A stretch of 53,671 nt of DNA, taken from contig JAAYJD010000214.1 in the NCBI GenBank assembly GCA_012523135.1, positions 1 to 53,671 of the forward strand, read 5' to 3'. The translations under genes were made by a program, and so were the position numbers. Shown here piece after piece: positions 18,977 to 28,148 of the stretch; position 1 is the first letter of the stretch, and the number at the start of each line of letters is the position of its first letter. This stretch comes from Clostridiaceae bacterium. Lineage in GTDB: Bacteria; Bacillota; Clostridia; Saccharofermentanales; UBA5734. The notes under the pieces are model-generated. The model saw only the letters and a list, made by a program, of their open reading frames with translations. It ran no database searches and was not told the origin of the DNA.

Positions 18977-20449
18977 ATGAGTTTCAAACTGGCCGTCATC
19001 GGGGCAGGCAGCCTGGTGTTTACCCGCAACCTGTTCACAGATATCCTGTCGGTTCCGGAATTTCACAACATAGACATCGCCTTCACAGACATCAACCCGG
19101 ACAACCTGGAAAAGGTGACTCGCCTTTGCCAGCGGGACCTTGACGCCAATGGCGTGGCGATCCGGATCCAGGCCACCACCGACCGGCGCGAGGCGTTCGC
19201 CAATGCCCGCTACATCATCAATTTGGTGCGCGTCGGCGGGCTGCCGGCTTTCGAGACAGACATCGATATCCCGCTGAAATACGGCGTCGACCAGTGTGTG
19301 GGCGATACCTTGTGCATCGGCGGCATCATGTACGGCCAGCGCGTCATCGCCGCGCTGCTCGATTTTTGCAAAGACATCCGCGAGGTGGCCGAACCGGATG
19401 CGCTGCTGCTCAACTACTCGAACCCCAACGCCATGGCCACCTGGGCCTGCAACCAGTACGGCAATGTGCGCACCATCGGGCTTTGCCACGGGGAGATCCA
19501 CGGCGAGCACCAGATCGCCGCGGCACTGGGCATCCCGCACGATGAACTGGACTTCATCTGCGCCGGGCTGAACCACCAGACCTGGTACATCAGCGTCAAG
19601 CACCACGGCCGGGAGATGCGCGACAAGCTGCTGGACGGATTTCTGAATCATCCGGTCCTCAGGGATCAGGAAAAAGTACGCATCGATATCCTGCGCCGTT
19701 TCGGCTACTATTCCACCGAAAGTAACGGGCACCTCTCGGAATACGTCGCCTGGTATCGCAAACGTCCGGAAGAGATCAAGGACTGGATCAGCCTGGACAG
19801 CTGGATCCATGGCGAAACCGGCGGTTATTTGCGTGTCACCCGCGAGGAGCGCAACTGGTTCGAGACCGAATACCCAAAGATCCTCGCCCAGCCACCCAAG
19901 CAATACGACGGCAGCAACCGCGGCCGGGAACATTGCTCCTACATCCTGGAAGGCCTGGAAACCCGCCGCCCCTACCGGGGCCACTTCAATGTCGTCAACA
20001 ACGGCTGCATCACCAACCTGCCCGATGACTGTATCGTCGAGGTTCCCTGCCATGTGGACGGCAACGGCATCGCCGTGCCGCAGGTCGGCGACCTGCCCGG
20101 CGGCTGCGCGGCCGTTTGCAGCCAGAGCGTCTGGGTGCAGCGCCTGGCCGTAGAGGCAGCTGTTTACGGGGATGTCAACCGGCTCAAACAGGCGGCGCTG
20201 CTCGATCCGCTTACCGGCGCCGTTTGCAATCCGCCCGAAGTCTGGCAGATGGTGGACGAGATGCTGATCGCCCAGGAAGCCTGGCTGCCCCAGTACGGCC
20301 AGGCCATCGCGGCTGCCCAAACCGCTTTCGCCCAAGGGAATTTGATTCCCACCAACAGCGGCTACCGCGGCGCGGCCCGGCTGCGCGAAAAAAGCGCGGC
20401 TGAAGTCGCCGCCGAGCATGACAAGCGCAGCATAACCGCTGACGCGTAA
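18977..20449 (+). CDS. melA: GH4 NAD+/Mn2+-dependent alpha-galactosidase/alpha-glucosidase
   Basis: IGAGS, IPLKYGVDQCVGDT, LNYSNP, GLCHG, GLNH, TESNGHLSEY. GGGAGG RBS. Confidence 0.9.
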   Translation: MSFKLAVIGAGSLVFTRNLFTDILSVPEFHNIDIAFTDINPDNLEKVTRLCQRDLDANGVAIRIQATTDRREAFANARYIINLVRVGGLPAFETDIDIPLKYGVDQCVGDTLCIGGIMYGQRVIAALLDFCKDIREVAEPDALLLNYSNPNAMATWACNQYGNVRTIGLCHGEIHGEHQIAAALGIPHDELDFICAGLNHQTWYISVKHHGREMRDKLLDGFLNHPVLRDQEKVRIDILRRFGYYSTESNGHLSEYVAWYRKRPEEIKDWISLDSWIHGETGGYLRVTREERNWFETEYPKILAQPPKQYDGSNRGREHCSYILEGLETRRPYRGHFNVVNNGCITNLPDDCIVEVPCHVDGNGIAVPQVGDLPGGCAAVCSQSVWVQRLAVEAAVYGDVNRLKQAALLDPLTGAVCNPPEVWQMVDEMLIAQEAWLPQYGQAIAAAQTAFAQGNLIPTNSGYRGAARLREKSAAEVAAEHDKRSITADA

Positions 20450-20463
20450 GCGGAGCGTAAAAG

Positions 20464-21270
20464 ATGTCCGATTTGTTCTGGATCCTCTACCGAATCGTTT
20501 TCGGCGCCTTGTTTGGCCTGCTCATCGGCAGCTTCCTCAATGTTTGCATCTACCGTCTGCCGCGCCATGAGACCATCGTCCGGGGACACTCGTATTGCCC
20601 CGGCTGCCATCATGAGCTGACCGGCGCCGACCTGGTTCCCATCTTCAGCTACCTGTTCCTGCGCGGGCGCTGCCGCTATTGCGCACAGCCCATCTCACCG
20701 CGCTATGCCCGGATCGAATCGGTAACGGGCGTTATCTTCGCCCTGCCCGCCGGCTTTTGGGGCGGCGGACCGTTCGCCCCCGCCGCCGACAAGCCGGCCT
20801 GGCTGGCCATCCTGCCGGATCCGGGGTATAACGCATTGGTCATCGTCGGCGTGCTGGCAGCTTTCTGTGCCCTTCTGGTCTGGGCAATGATCCTCTTCGA
20901 TGAGCAGCTGCCGCCGCGGGCCCTGTACGGTTTCATCCTGGTTCCGGCGCTGCTGCGCCTGGCGCTCCAGCCTGACCGGATCTTGCTGCACCTGGCCGGC
21001 GCGGCGTTTGCCGCTGCCGTCTGGTGGCTTCTGGAGACACTGCGTTTGCTGCCCGAAATCGATCGATCCAGGCGCCGTCACGTGTTTTTCGGACTGGCCC
21101 TGCTCGGTCTGACCGGCGGCCTGATCGCCCTGCAGCCGGTCATGGCCGCGATGCTGGTCGCGTCCGTCCTGGCTTTGCTGGCCAAGAAGCCAGAACACGC
21201 CAGCCGGCTGGTGCATCTGCTCCTGCCGGCAGCGGTTCTGGCTTCAGCTGTCCTGTGGCTGTTTCTCTAA
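20464..21270 (+). CDS. PilD/A24-like prepilin peptidase homologue with intact Zn-binding N-domain and degenerate catalytic motifs
   Basis: IGSFLNVCIYRLP, SYCPGC, LVPIFSY, GRCRYC, ISPRY. No recognisable xID or GxGD motif in the membrane domain. Confidence 0.8.
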   Translation: MSDLFWILYRIVFGALFGLLIGSFLNVCIYRLPRHETIVRGHSYCPGCHHELTGADLVPIFSYLFLRGRCRYCAQPISPRYARIESVTGVIFALPAGFWGGGPFAPAADKPAWLAILPDPGYNALVIVGVLAAFCALLVWAMILFDEQLPPRALYGFILVPALLRLALQPDRILLHLAGAAFAAAVWWLLETLRLLPEIDRSRRRHVFFGLALLGLTGGLIALQPVMAAMLVASVLALLAKKPEHASRLVHLLLPAAVLASAVLWLFL

Positions 21271-21278
21271 GGGACTGT

Positions 21279-22055
21279 TCAGGCGTTCTGCGCCAGGCGG
21301 CGCATGCCCAGTCCCGTCAGGATAATCAGTAAGGCGGAGACAACCAGCAAATGCCAGCCGATGCTGAGCAGCGGGTCTCGTCCCCCCTCGCCCAAAAACC
21401 ACATCGCGAAGCGTTGGAAGGCTGCGCTCTTGCCGGTCAGGATCGGCAGGATGATGTAGGACGTGCCGAACAAGATCCAGAAGGTCACGGTGAAACGGGC
21501 ACCCCAGCGGTACGAGAAGACAGCCGCCGTCTGGCCTAACAGGAACACCGTCAGGAAGGCGGCGAAAACGAACAGGATCTCACCGGCCAAAGCGGAAGGC
21601 TGACGGACGTTCACCCTAAAGACATAGGTGCTGATGACCCCAGGATCATTGATCTGGCTCAGACCGACGACCTGGTTAAACAGGCGTTCGAACCAGCCCA
21701 TCAGGAAACTGACTGCGGTAAATCCGGCCGCGACCGCCGCGGTGCGCAGCAGGGCCGCGCCATACTGGTTGAGCCAGGTGTTGCTCATAGCCAGCAGGAA
21801 GTTGTAGTCCTCCCGAAACCCGGCGTAGCCGCCGACAAAGAGGAAGATGGCGCCGGCGATCAGGAACACGAAGCTGCTGATCAGGATGTCCGGACCAAAC
21901 GGCGTGTACGTGATGCTGCCGGTTGTGGTCACCCGGAGCAGCAGGGGCAGGCCGAAGGCGGCCAGCAGGTAGATGCCCAGGAAAACCAGGCATGGTTTAT
22001 AGATGCTGGACAAAAGATAGCGCGTGCAGCGCAGCAGACGATGGTTGGCGGTCAT
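21279..22055 (-). CDS. ABC-2-type permease-like membrane protein
   Basis: About six hydrophobic segments. Directly downstream of the ABC ATPase. Confidence 0.75.
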   Translation of the reverse strand: MTANHRLLRCTRYLLSSIYKPCLVFLGIYLLAAFGLPLLLRVTTTGSITYTPFGPDILISSFVFLIAGAIFLFVGGYAGFREDYNFLLAMSNTWLNQYGAALLRTAAVAAGFTAVSFLMGWFERLFNQVVGLSQINDPGVISTYVFRVNVRQPSALAGEILFVFAAFLTVFLLGQTAAVFSYRWGARFTVTFWILFGTSYIILPILTGKSAAFQRFAMWFLGEGGRDPLLSIGWHLLVVSALLIILTGLGMRRLAQNA

Positions 22056-22056
22056 G

Positions 22057-22968
22057 TCAGGACACCTGCCTTTCCAAAGACGCGACCGGCGGTTCGGTCA
22101 GGTGAATAAAGAGCTTTTGCAGCGATACCGGCGCCAGGTCGATTTCCTTTGCGCGCAGCTCGTCCAGGCAGCCGGCCGGCAGCGGCGCCGCGACCGTCAT
22201 GGCGCTGAGCCGGCCGATGTCTTCGCGGCTGAGCACCACCAGGCGATACCGGCTGACCAGCTCTTCAAGCCGGTCCTTCCTTCCCGACAGGACGGTCGAT
22301 TTCTTTCTGAGGTTTTCGACGCTGTCCATGGCAACCAGGCTGCCTTCCTTGAGGATGATCGCGTCTTCGAAAATGTCCGCGCTTTCGTCGATCAGGTGCG
22401 TGGAGATGATGAACGTGCGCGGATGCTCGCCGTAGTCCTGGATCAGGGTCCGGTAGAACAAGTCGCGGCCCGCCGCGTCCAGTCCCAGGACAGGCTCGTC
22501 GAAGATCGTCAGGTCGCTGCGCGAGGCCAGGCCGATCACGACGCGCAGAATCGACTCGTAGCCGCGCGACAGCGCCTTGTACTTAAGCTGCGGGTTCAGT
22601 GCGAACCGCTGGCAGAGCGCATCCGCGTACGTACGGTCGAAAGAGGGATAGAACGACGCGGCCTGGCGGATGATGTCCCGGATGCGCATCGCCGGCGGAA
22701 ACAGGTTCTTTTCCGGCATGCAGCAGATGCGTTCCAGAGCCTGCTGGTTGTCAACGCCCGGCTGGCCGAACAGGCGGATCTCGCCGCTTTGAGCATACAG
22801 CCGCGATGTGATCAGGTTGAGCAAAGTGGTCTTGCCGGCACCGTTGCGTCCGAGCAGGCCATAGATTTTGCCGGTTTCCAGCTTCAGCGACAAGGACTTG
22901 ATCGCCTCAATGGATCCGTACGTTTTGGACAGGGATTCAATTTCCAGGATCGTGTTCATGTTCAGCAC
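22057..22968 (-). CDS. ABC transporter ATP-binding protein (YtrB-like)
   Basis: GRNGAGKTT, degenerate signature LSRGY, TIFDEP, ISTH. Confidence 0.92.
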   Translation of the reverse strand: MLNMNTILEIESLSKTYGSIEAIKSLSLKLETGKIYGLLGRNGAGKTTLLNLITSRLYAQSGEIRLFGQPGVDNQQALERICCMPEKNLFPPAMRIRDIIRQAASFYPSFDRTYADALCQRFALNPQLKYKALSRGYESILRVVIGLASRSDLTIFDEPVLGLDAAGRDLFYRTLIQDYGEHPRTFIISTHLIDESADIFEDAIILKEGSLVAMDSVENLRKKSTVLSGRKDRLEELVSRYRLVVLSREDIGRLSAMTVAAPLPAGCLDELRAKEIDLAPVSLQKLFIHLTEPPVASLERQVS

Positions 22969-22975
22969 CTCGGTT

Positions 22976-23362
22976 TCACGCGTGACCGGTCTTGTTCCGG
23001 CCCAGGATATAGGCGTTGATCTCTTCTGGCTCGATGTTCAGGTGTTCGGCTTCAAGCAGCATCGGTTCAACATAGCGGGCAAAGAAATCACGCTGTCGTT
23101 TGGCCAGGATCTGCTTCCGCGCCCCCGCCGCGACAAACATGCCGATGCCGCGCTGTTTGTACAAAATGCCCTCGTCGGCCAGCAGGGCGATGCCCTTGGC
23201 CGCGGTCGCGGGGTTGATCCGGTAAAGCGCAGCCAGCTGGTTAGTCGACGGCACTTGCTCGTCTTCCCGCAAGCCCTGCTGCAGGATCTGGTCTTCGATC
23301 TGTTCGGCGATCTGCAGGTAGATCGAGCGGTCAGCGTCAAGCTGCAGCTGCATCGTCATCAT
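22976..23362 (-). CDS. ytrA: GntR-family, YtrA-subfamily regulator
   Basis: IYLQIAEQI, PSTNQLA, INPATAAK, KQRGIGMFV, short C-terminal domain. Heads an ABC operon. Confidence 0.88.
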   Translation of the reverse strand: MMTMQLQLDADRSIYLQIAEQIEDQILQQGLREDEQVPSTNQLAALYRINPATAAKGIALLADEGILYKQRGIGMFVAAGARKQILAKRQRDFFARYVEPMLLEAEHLNIEPEEINAYILGRNKTGHA

Positions 23363-23392
23363 CTCCTTCGCCTTAGGTTTACTACCTTGTTG

Positions 23393-23440
23393 GTTAATTA
23401 CTTATGTAACTAACTATAGCACATAAGCCACACGTGTCAA
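23393..23440 (-). promoter_or_regulatory. Sigma-A promoter plus YtrA-type operator
   Basis: TTGACA (23440-23435), 16-bp spacer, TATAGT (23418-23413). Inverted repeat GTTAATTAC-TTAT-GTAACTAAC (23393-23414, one mismatch) overlaps the -10/+1 region. Confidence 0.7.
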
Positions 23441-23543
23441 GTCTTTTTTTGAAATATTAACGCGCTGGGGTTCCGCTTTCCCTATACAGCCGCCGGCTAC
23501 ATCCCGTATAATGGGAGCCATTCTGCAAGGCGGGGGAAACAAG

Positions 23544-24809
23544 ATGAAAACAGTGCACGCTGATCGTTACCAGCGAGCCCTATGGGTCTATATGGCGGTG
23601 CTGGCGCTGGCCGCCCTGGGCGCCGGGCTGTCGGATTCGGTCTTATCGAACTACTTCAAGGACGCGTACCAGGTGACCGCCCTGCAGCGGGGTCTGATCG
23701 AGATTCCCAGGGAGATGCCCGGCTTTATCGGGGTGTTCATCGTTTCGTGGCTGGCCTTTCTTGGCGATTTGCGCATAGCGATCCTGGCTCAGGCCCTGAT
23801 GGTCGTCGGACTCGTGTTCCTGGGTTTACTGACGCCGCCGTTCGCGGTCATGCTGGTCTTCATTTTCATCCACTCGCTGGGCGGCCACCTCTGGTACCCG
23901 CTCCAGGATTCGCTCGGCCTGCACCTGATCCGCGACAACGGCAGTGCCGGCAAGCTGATCGGCCGTTTCAAAGGCGTCAGCACCGCGTTTGGCATGCTGG
24001 CCGGCCTGATCGTCTTCATCGGGTTCCGCACCGGTTTCTTCAGCTTCACGGCTCCAGTTAAAACCATCTTCATCTTCGCCTGCGTCCTCTTCCTGGCGGT
24101 GCTGGCCCTGCTGATCATCCTGATGCGCCTGATGCCGGACAAGAACGGCGAACCGCTGGCGACCGGCCGCCGGTTTTCGCTCAAGGGTCGCCGCATCAAG
24201 CTCGTCTTCAACCGCGCCTACCGCTACTATTATGCCCTGGCCGTCGTCTTCGGGGTGCAAAAGCAGATCATGATGGTCTTCGCCCCCTGGGTCCTGATCG
24301 ACCTGCTCGGCAAAAAAGCCGACACCCTGGCCCTGCTGACCATGGTCGGCTCCTTTATCGGCATCTTCTTTATTCCGGCCCTGGGCCGCTGGGTTGACCG
24401 CTTCGGCATCCGCAAGATGCTCTATGTCGATGCTTTTTCCTTTATCACCGTCTATGTGCTTTACGGAATTCTGAGCGCAGGCTTCAATTTGGGCTTTCTG
24501 GCCCGGTCCGGGCTGCCAGTCCTGCTTGTTTTCGCCCTGTTCGTGATCGACCGCATGTCGATGCAGATGGGCCTGATCCGCTCCCTGTACCTGCGCAACA
24601 TCGCCCTGAAGCCGGAAGACATCGGGCCGACCCTGACCCTGGGGCAGAGCATGGACCACATCGTTTCCATCACCTGCGCCTCATTGGGCGGGCTGGTCTG
24701 GAGCGTCTGGGGGCCGCAATACGTCTTTTTCCTGGCCGCGCTGATGTCCTTGATCAACTATTTTGTCGCGCGCAAGGCCGTTATCCGGGATGAACCGGTC
24801 GCCTCATGA
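23544..24809 (+). CDS. MFS transporter
   Basis: About 12 TMs and MFS motif A GRWVDRFGIRK. The TATAAT at 23507-23512 overlaps the upstream ATG, which favours the start at 23544. Confidence 0.88.
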   Translation: MKTVHADRYQRALWVYMAVLALAALGAGLSDSVLSNYFKDAYQVTALQRGLIEIPREMPGFIGVFIVSWLAFLGDLRIAILAQALMVVGLVFLGLLTPPFAVMLVFIFIHSLGGHLWYPLQDSLGLHLIRDNGSAGKLIGRFKGVSTAFGMLAGLIVFIGFRTGFFSFTAPVKTIFIFACVLFLAVLALLIILMRLMPDKNGEPLATGRRFSLKGRRIKLVFNRAYRYYYALAVVFGVQKQIMMVFAPWVLIDLLGKKADTLALLTMVGSFIGIFFIPALGRWVDRFGIRKMLYVDAFSFITVYVLYGILSAGFNLGFLARSGLPVLLVFALFVIDRMSMQMGLIRSLYLRNIALKPEDIGPTLTLGQSMDHIVSITCASLGGLVWSVWGPQYVFFLAALMSLINYFVARKAVIRDEPVAS

Positions 24810-25046
24810 CCGTTTTTTCTCGAAGAACGACAGCAGCAGCGACAAGGCGCTGAAGCCCAGCGCCAGGTAGATCAGCGGCCGGTTGGTATCGAGCGGACAC
24901 GTTCCGGCCGGCGCCCGGTTCAGCCAAAACAGGTCGAGCAGCACATAGAGCCCGATTGCCAGGGCCGCGCCCAGCAGGAGGTTGCCGATTAGCCTGACCG
25001 TCTTGTTCGCTGGTTCTTCTTGCCGCTTGCCGGGTGCGTCTGCCAT
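24804..25046 (-). CDS. Small two-TM membrane protein (80 aa)
   Basis: AAGGGGAA RBS. Two hydrophobic helices flank a loop with GTCP. Follows the fucosidase gene. Confidence 0.65.
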   Translation of the reverse strand: MADAPGKRQEEPANKTVRLIGNLLLGAALAIGLYVLLDLFWLNRAPAGTCPLDTNRPLIYLALGFSALSLLLSFFEKKRS

Positions 25047-25057
25047 GTCTTTCCCCT

Positions 25058-26293
25058 TCAATAAACGCTGACGCGCTTGAGGTAGCGCGGTTTGGGCTGG
25101 CTGACCGTCAGGCGGATGTCCAGCCGGCGGGCATACAGGTTTGGCAGCTCGATGATCCGCTTGTGCCCGATGCTGCGTTCCCGGCAGACGGAAATGGCCA
25201 GGTCGCCGTTCACGTGGCCGGGATAGAACAGGACCTCGAAGTCCGTTACGGCCTGCCCCTGCGCCAGATCTTCCTCCAGCACCAAGGTCTTCAAATGGGC
25301 CGGAATTCGCAGCGTCAGGCGCACCGTCTGCTCCGCCTCGCTCCAGTCGGCGCCAAGCGGCGCGGCGAAGCGGCGGCGCAGGGCCTGGCCAAACTCAGCC
25401 AGACGCAATCTGTCCGTCTCCGGCAGGCGGCCTCGGCGGTCCGGCGCGATGTTCATCAGGAAATTGCAGCCCCGGCCGACCGAGCAGTCGTAGATACCCA
25501 TCAGCTCTGGGACGCTCTTGATCGTGTGCGCATCGCAGTCGGAATAGAACCAGTTGCGCTCGCGCAGCCGGAAATCGCATTCGGCGGGCAAGAAACGCGT
25601 CACCGGCCCAGCCAGATGGGGAAAATGGCTGTCACCAGCCGGATAGGTGATGGTGTAGCGAAAATCAGGCGGCGCAAAGCCTTCCTCGTTGCCGACCCAG
25701 CGTACATCGTGGTCCCACATGCCGAAGATCAGCAGCTCAGGCTGCAGATCGCGCATCACCTGTACGATGCGTGCGGTATCGTAGACATGTCCTTCCGAGC
25801 CGCAGCCGTCAAACCAGAGGTAGTCGATCTTGCCGTACTGCGTGAGCAGCTCCGTGATCTGGCCGATAAAGAAATCATCGTGCTCCCGCGCGCTCCGCCG
25901 GCCGGCTTTCATCGCCGCGTCAGCCGGGGAATAATACAGGCCGGTCTTGATGCCGTAGGCCCGGCAGGCGTCGGTAAACGCCCGCACCACGTCCCCCTGG
26001 CCGTTTTGCCAGGGGCTGGCCGCGACCGAATAGTCGGAAAAGCGGGTCGGCCAGTTGGCGTACCCGTCGTGATGCTTGCAGGTCAGAATGGCGTAGGTCA
26101 TGCCGGCGGCCTTGATCGCGCGCATCCACTGGCCGCAATTCAGCTGTTCAGGCCAAAACCCTTCGGCCGGCATCGGGCGCCCGTCCCAGTCGCGATGGCC
26201 TTCGTAGAAGGTGCGGATGCCGAAATGGAAAAAAGCGCCCAGTTCCCAGTCCATAAAGGCCAGCTGCCGCGGGGTTGGTGTGTCACGGTCCAT
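25058..26293 (-). CDS. GH29 alpha-L-fucosidase
   Basis: FFHFG, LTCKHHDGY, GLYYS, YLWFDG (nucleophile Asp), VRWVGNE, FLPAECD, SVGRG.N. Confidence 0.92.
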   Translation of the reverse strand: MDRDTPTPRQLAFMDWELGAFFHFGIRTFYEGHRDWDGRPMPAEGFWPEQLNCGQWMRAIKAAGMTYAILTCKHHDGYANWPTRFSDYSVAASPWQNGQGDVVRAFTDACRAYGIKTGLYYSPADAAMKAGRRSAREHDDFFIGQITELLTQYGKIDYLWFDGCGSEGHVYDTARIVQVMRDLQPELLIFGMWDHDVRWVGNEEGFAPPDFRYTITYPAGDSHFPHLAGPVTRFLPAECDFRLRERNWFYSDCDAHTIKSVPELMGIYDCSVGRGCNFLMNIAPDRRGRLPETDRLRLAEFGQALRRRFAAPLGADWSEAEQTVRLTLRIPAHLKTLVLEEDLAQGQAVTDFEVLFYPGHVNGDLAISVCRERSIGHKRIIELPNLYARRLDIRLTVSQPKPRYLKRVSVY

Positions 26294-26306
26294 GGGATGC
26301 CCTCCG

Positions 26307-26858
26307 CTAATCGGATGCGCCGCCCAGATCGATCCAGGTCGGCGCATGGCCGGTCAGGCGCAGAAAGGGACCGAGGAAATCCCGGCTGGCCATGACCAGG
26401 CTGGTTGTGTTGCTGCACGGGTGAAAACAAAACGATTCCTGCCCGGCCAGGTCGCGGTCGATCAGCAAGCGCACCTGGTGGCGCCGGTCAAACAAAAGGC
26501 CCAGCGGCGACACCGCGCCCGGCGGCGTGCCCAGCAGGGACTCGAGCGGGCCGGGTCCGGCAAAAGACAGCCGGGCAATGCCCAGCTGGCGCGACAGGAC
26601 CGAAGTGCGAAAGTTCTTGTCGCCCGGCAGCAGGAGCAAGTAGAACGACGTCTGCTGCCGGTTGCATAAAAACAGGTTTTTGGCATGCGAAACGCCGATC
26701 TGGCGGTCGATGTCCGCCAGGTCATCCATGGTCATGGCCGGTGCGTGGGCAACCAGCCGATACGCAAGGCCGAGCCCGTCCAGAGCGGTCAGAACGGCGC
26801 GCTCCGCTTCGGGCGCGTCCCTGTTTTTGTCTGTCAGATTGTCATGAGCCATGGTCAA
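26307..26858 (-). CDS. proX: Prolyl-tRNA editing protein ProX/PrdX (YbaK family)
   Basis: HAKNLFLCN, RLSFA, GAVSPLGL, FHPCSNT. Confidence 0.9.
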   Translation of the reverse strand: MTMAHDNLTDKNRDAPEAERAVLTALDGLGLAYRLVAHAPAMTMDDLADIDRQIGVSHAKNLFLCNRQQTSFYLLLLPGDKNFRTSVLSRQLGIARLSFAGPGPLESLLGTPPGAVSPLGLLFDRRHQVRLLIDRDLAGQESFCFHPCSNTTSLVMASRDFLGPFLRLTGHAPTWIDLGGASD

Positions 26859-27263
26859 TCAGTATTGCATGACGCGCGGCAAATCCTTGGCCTGACCGAT
26901 CCATTCGATCAGCTGATTGATTGTCGGCAGGCGGCGGACCAGCTTTTTCTCTTTATTGATCTCTGCCATTTTGACGAACAGGTTGTCCGGCCGGCGCCCG
27001 GCAAGCTCTGGGACCGTATCGACGCCCACCATCTCGAGCAGTTCCGCATATTCTCCGCCGATGCCCTTGATACGAAACAGATCGGCATGGTTGGCCCAGG
27101 TCAGGATCATCTGATCCGCTATGCCCGTCTTTTCGGCAAGCTCGGCCCTGCCCTGTTTTGTGGCGGTCTTTTTCAAATACTCGTCCACCGTTGTGATGCT
27201 TTGCGCCCTCAACTTAAACGCATAGGCCTCGCTAACCCCAACGATCGCTGTTACTTTGGTCAT
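26859..27263 (-). CDS. DUF4332-like helix-hairpin-helix protein (134 aa)
   Basis: IVGVSE, ADLFRIKGIGGEYAELLE, GVDTVPELA, VRRLP, WIGQAK. Start reset to MTKV. Confidence 0.8.
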   Translation of the reverse strand: MTKVTAIVGVSEAYAFKLRAQSITTVDEYLKKTATKQGRAELAEKTGIADQMILTWANHADLFRIKGIGGEYAELLEMVGVDTVPELAGRRPDNLFVKMAEINKEKKLVRRLPTINQLIEWIGQAKDLPRVMQY

Positions 27264-27396
27264 GCTCCTCATCCCTCCAAACGTGTCGTGTATAGTACTC
27301 GAGTCAAGTATATCAGGATCACGGTGCGGGTTATGTGCGCATGTTACATAAATCACCATACGCCACGGTGCGTCGGAAGCAACGAATCCGATCGGG

Positions 27397-28083
27397 TCAG
27401 GACAAGATCTTTTCCAGGTCCTCCAGGCTGAAGATCTCGTAGGTGGTCGGAACTGCGGGGTTGGCCGTCTTCCGGCCCGGGTTGTACCAGCATGTATCCA
27501 AGCCGGCATTCTGTCCGCCCAGCATGTCGGCCGACAGGGAGTCGCCGACCACCAGGGCGGTTCGTTTGTCATCGATCGCAAGCGCTTCCAGCACATAATC
27601 GAAGAAACCGGCCTGCGGCTTCTGGCAGCCGATCTCTTCTGAGATGAAAATGCCGCTCATGAGTCCGGCCAGCGGCGATGACCCGATGCGCGCATGCTGC
27701 ACCGCAGCGATGCCGTTGGTGATCAGGGACAACTGGTAACGCGGCGCCAGGCGGCGGCAGACCGCTTCCGCCCCATCGATCAGGAAGGCACAGCGGCCAA
27801 GCTCGCTCATGTAGACCCGGTTGACGGCTTCCGGGTCGTCCGGGGCCGCCAACGCACCGAGCAGCCGGCTGAAGCGCTCGACCTTGAGCGCGTCTTTGTC
27901 AATCTGTCCTTTTTCGAACGCTTCCCACAGTTCCTGGTTGATCGCCTGGTAGCGCAGCCGGATGGCGCGGCTGAACGGCAACTGCAGCCGCCGCAGCGTC
28001 TGGCGCAGCGCTTCCTCTTCCGCGCGTTCGAAATCGAACAGTGTGCCGTCAGCATCCAGCAGGATATGGCGATAAATATTCAT
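27397..28083 (-). CDS. yjjG: HAD-family pyrimidine 5'-nucleotidase, YjjG-like
   Basis: LLDADGTLFDF, ITNG, QKP, VGDSLSADMLGG. Confidence 0.88.
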   Translation of the reverse strand: MNIYRHILLDADGTLFDFERAEEEALRQTLRRLQLPFSRAIRLRYQAINQELWEAFEKGQIDKDALKVERFSRLLGALAAPDDPEAVNRVYMSELGRCAFLIDGAEAVCRRLAPRYQLSLITNGIAAVQHARIGSSPLAGLMSGIFISEEIGCQKPQAGFFDYVLEALAIDDKRTALVVGDSLSADMLGGQNAGLDTCWYNPGRKTANPAVPTTYEIFSLEDLEKILS

Positions 28084-28148
28084 AGTGTCCCCCTGTTGTT
28101 ACCCTCATTGTGACAAAATGCGCCCAGCCCTGTCAACCGGCTGGCTGA

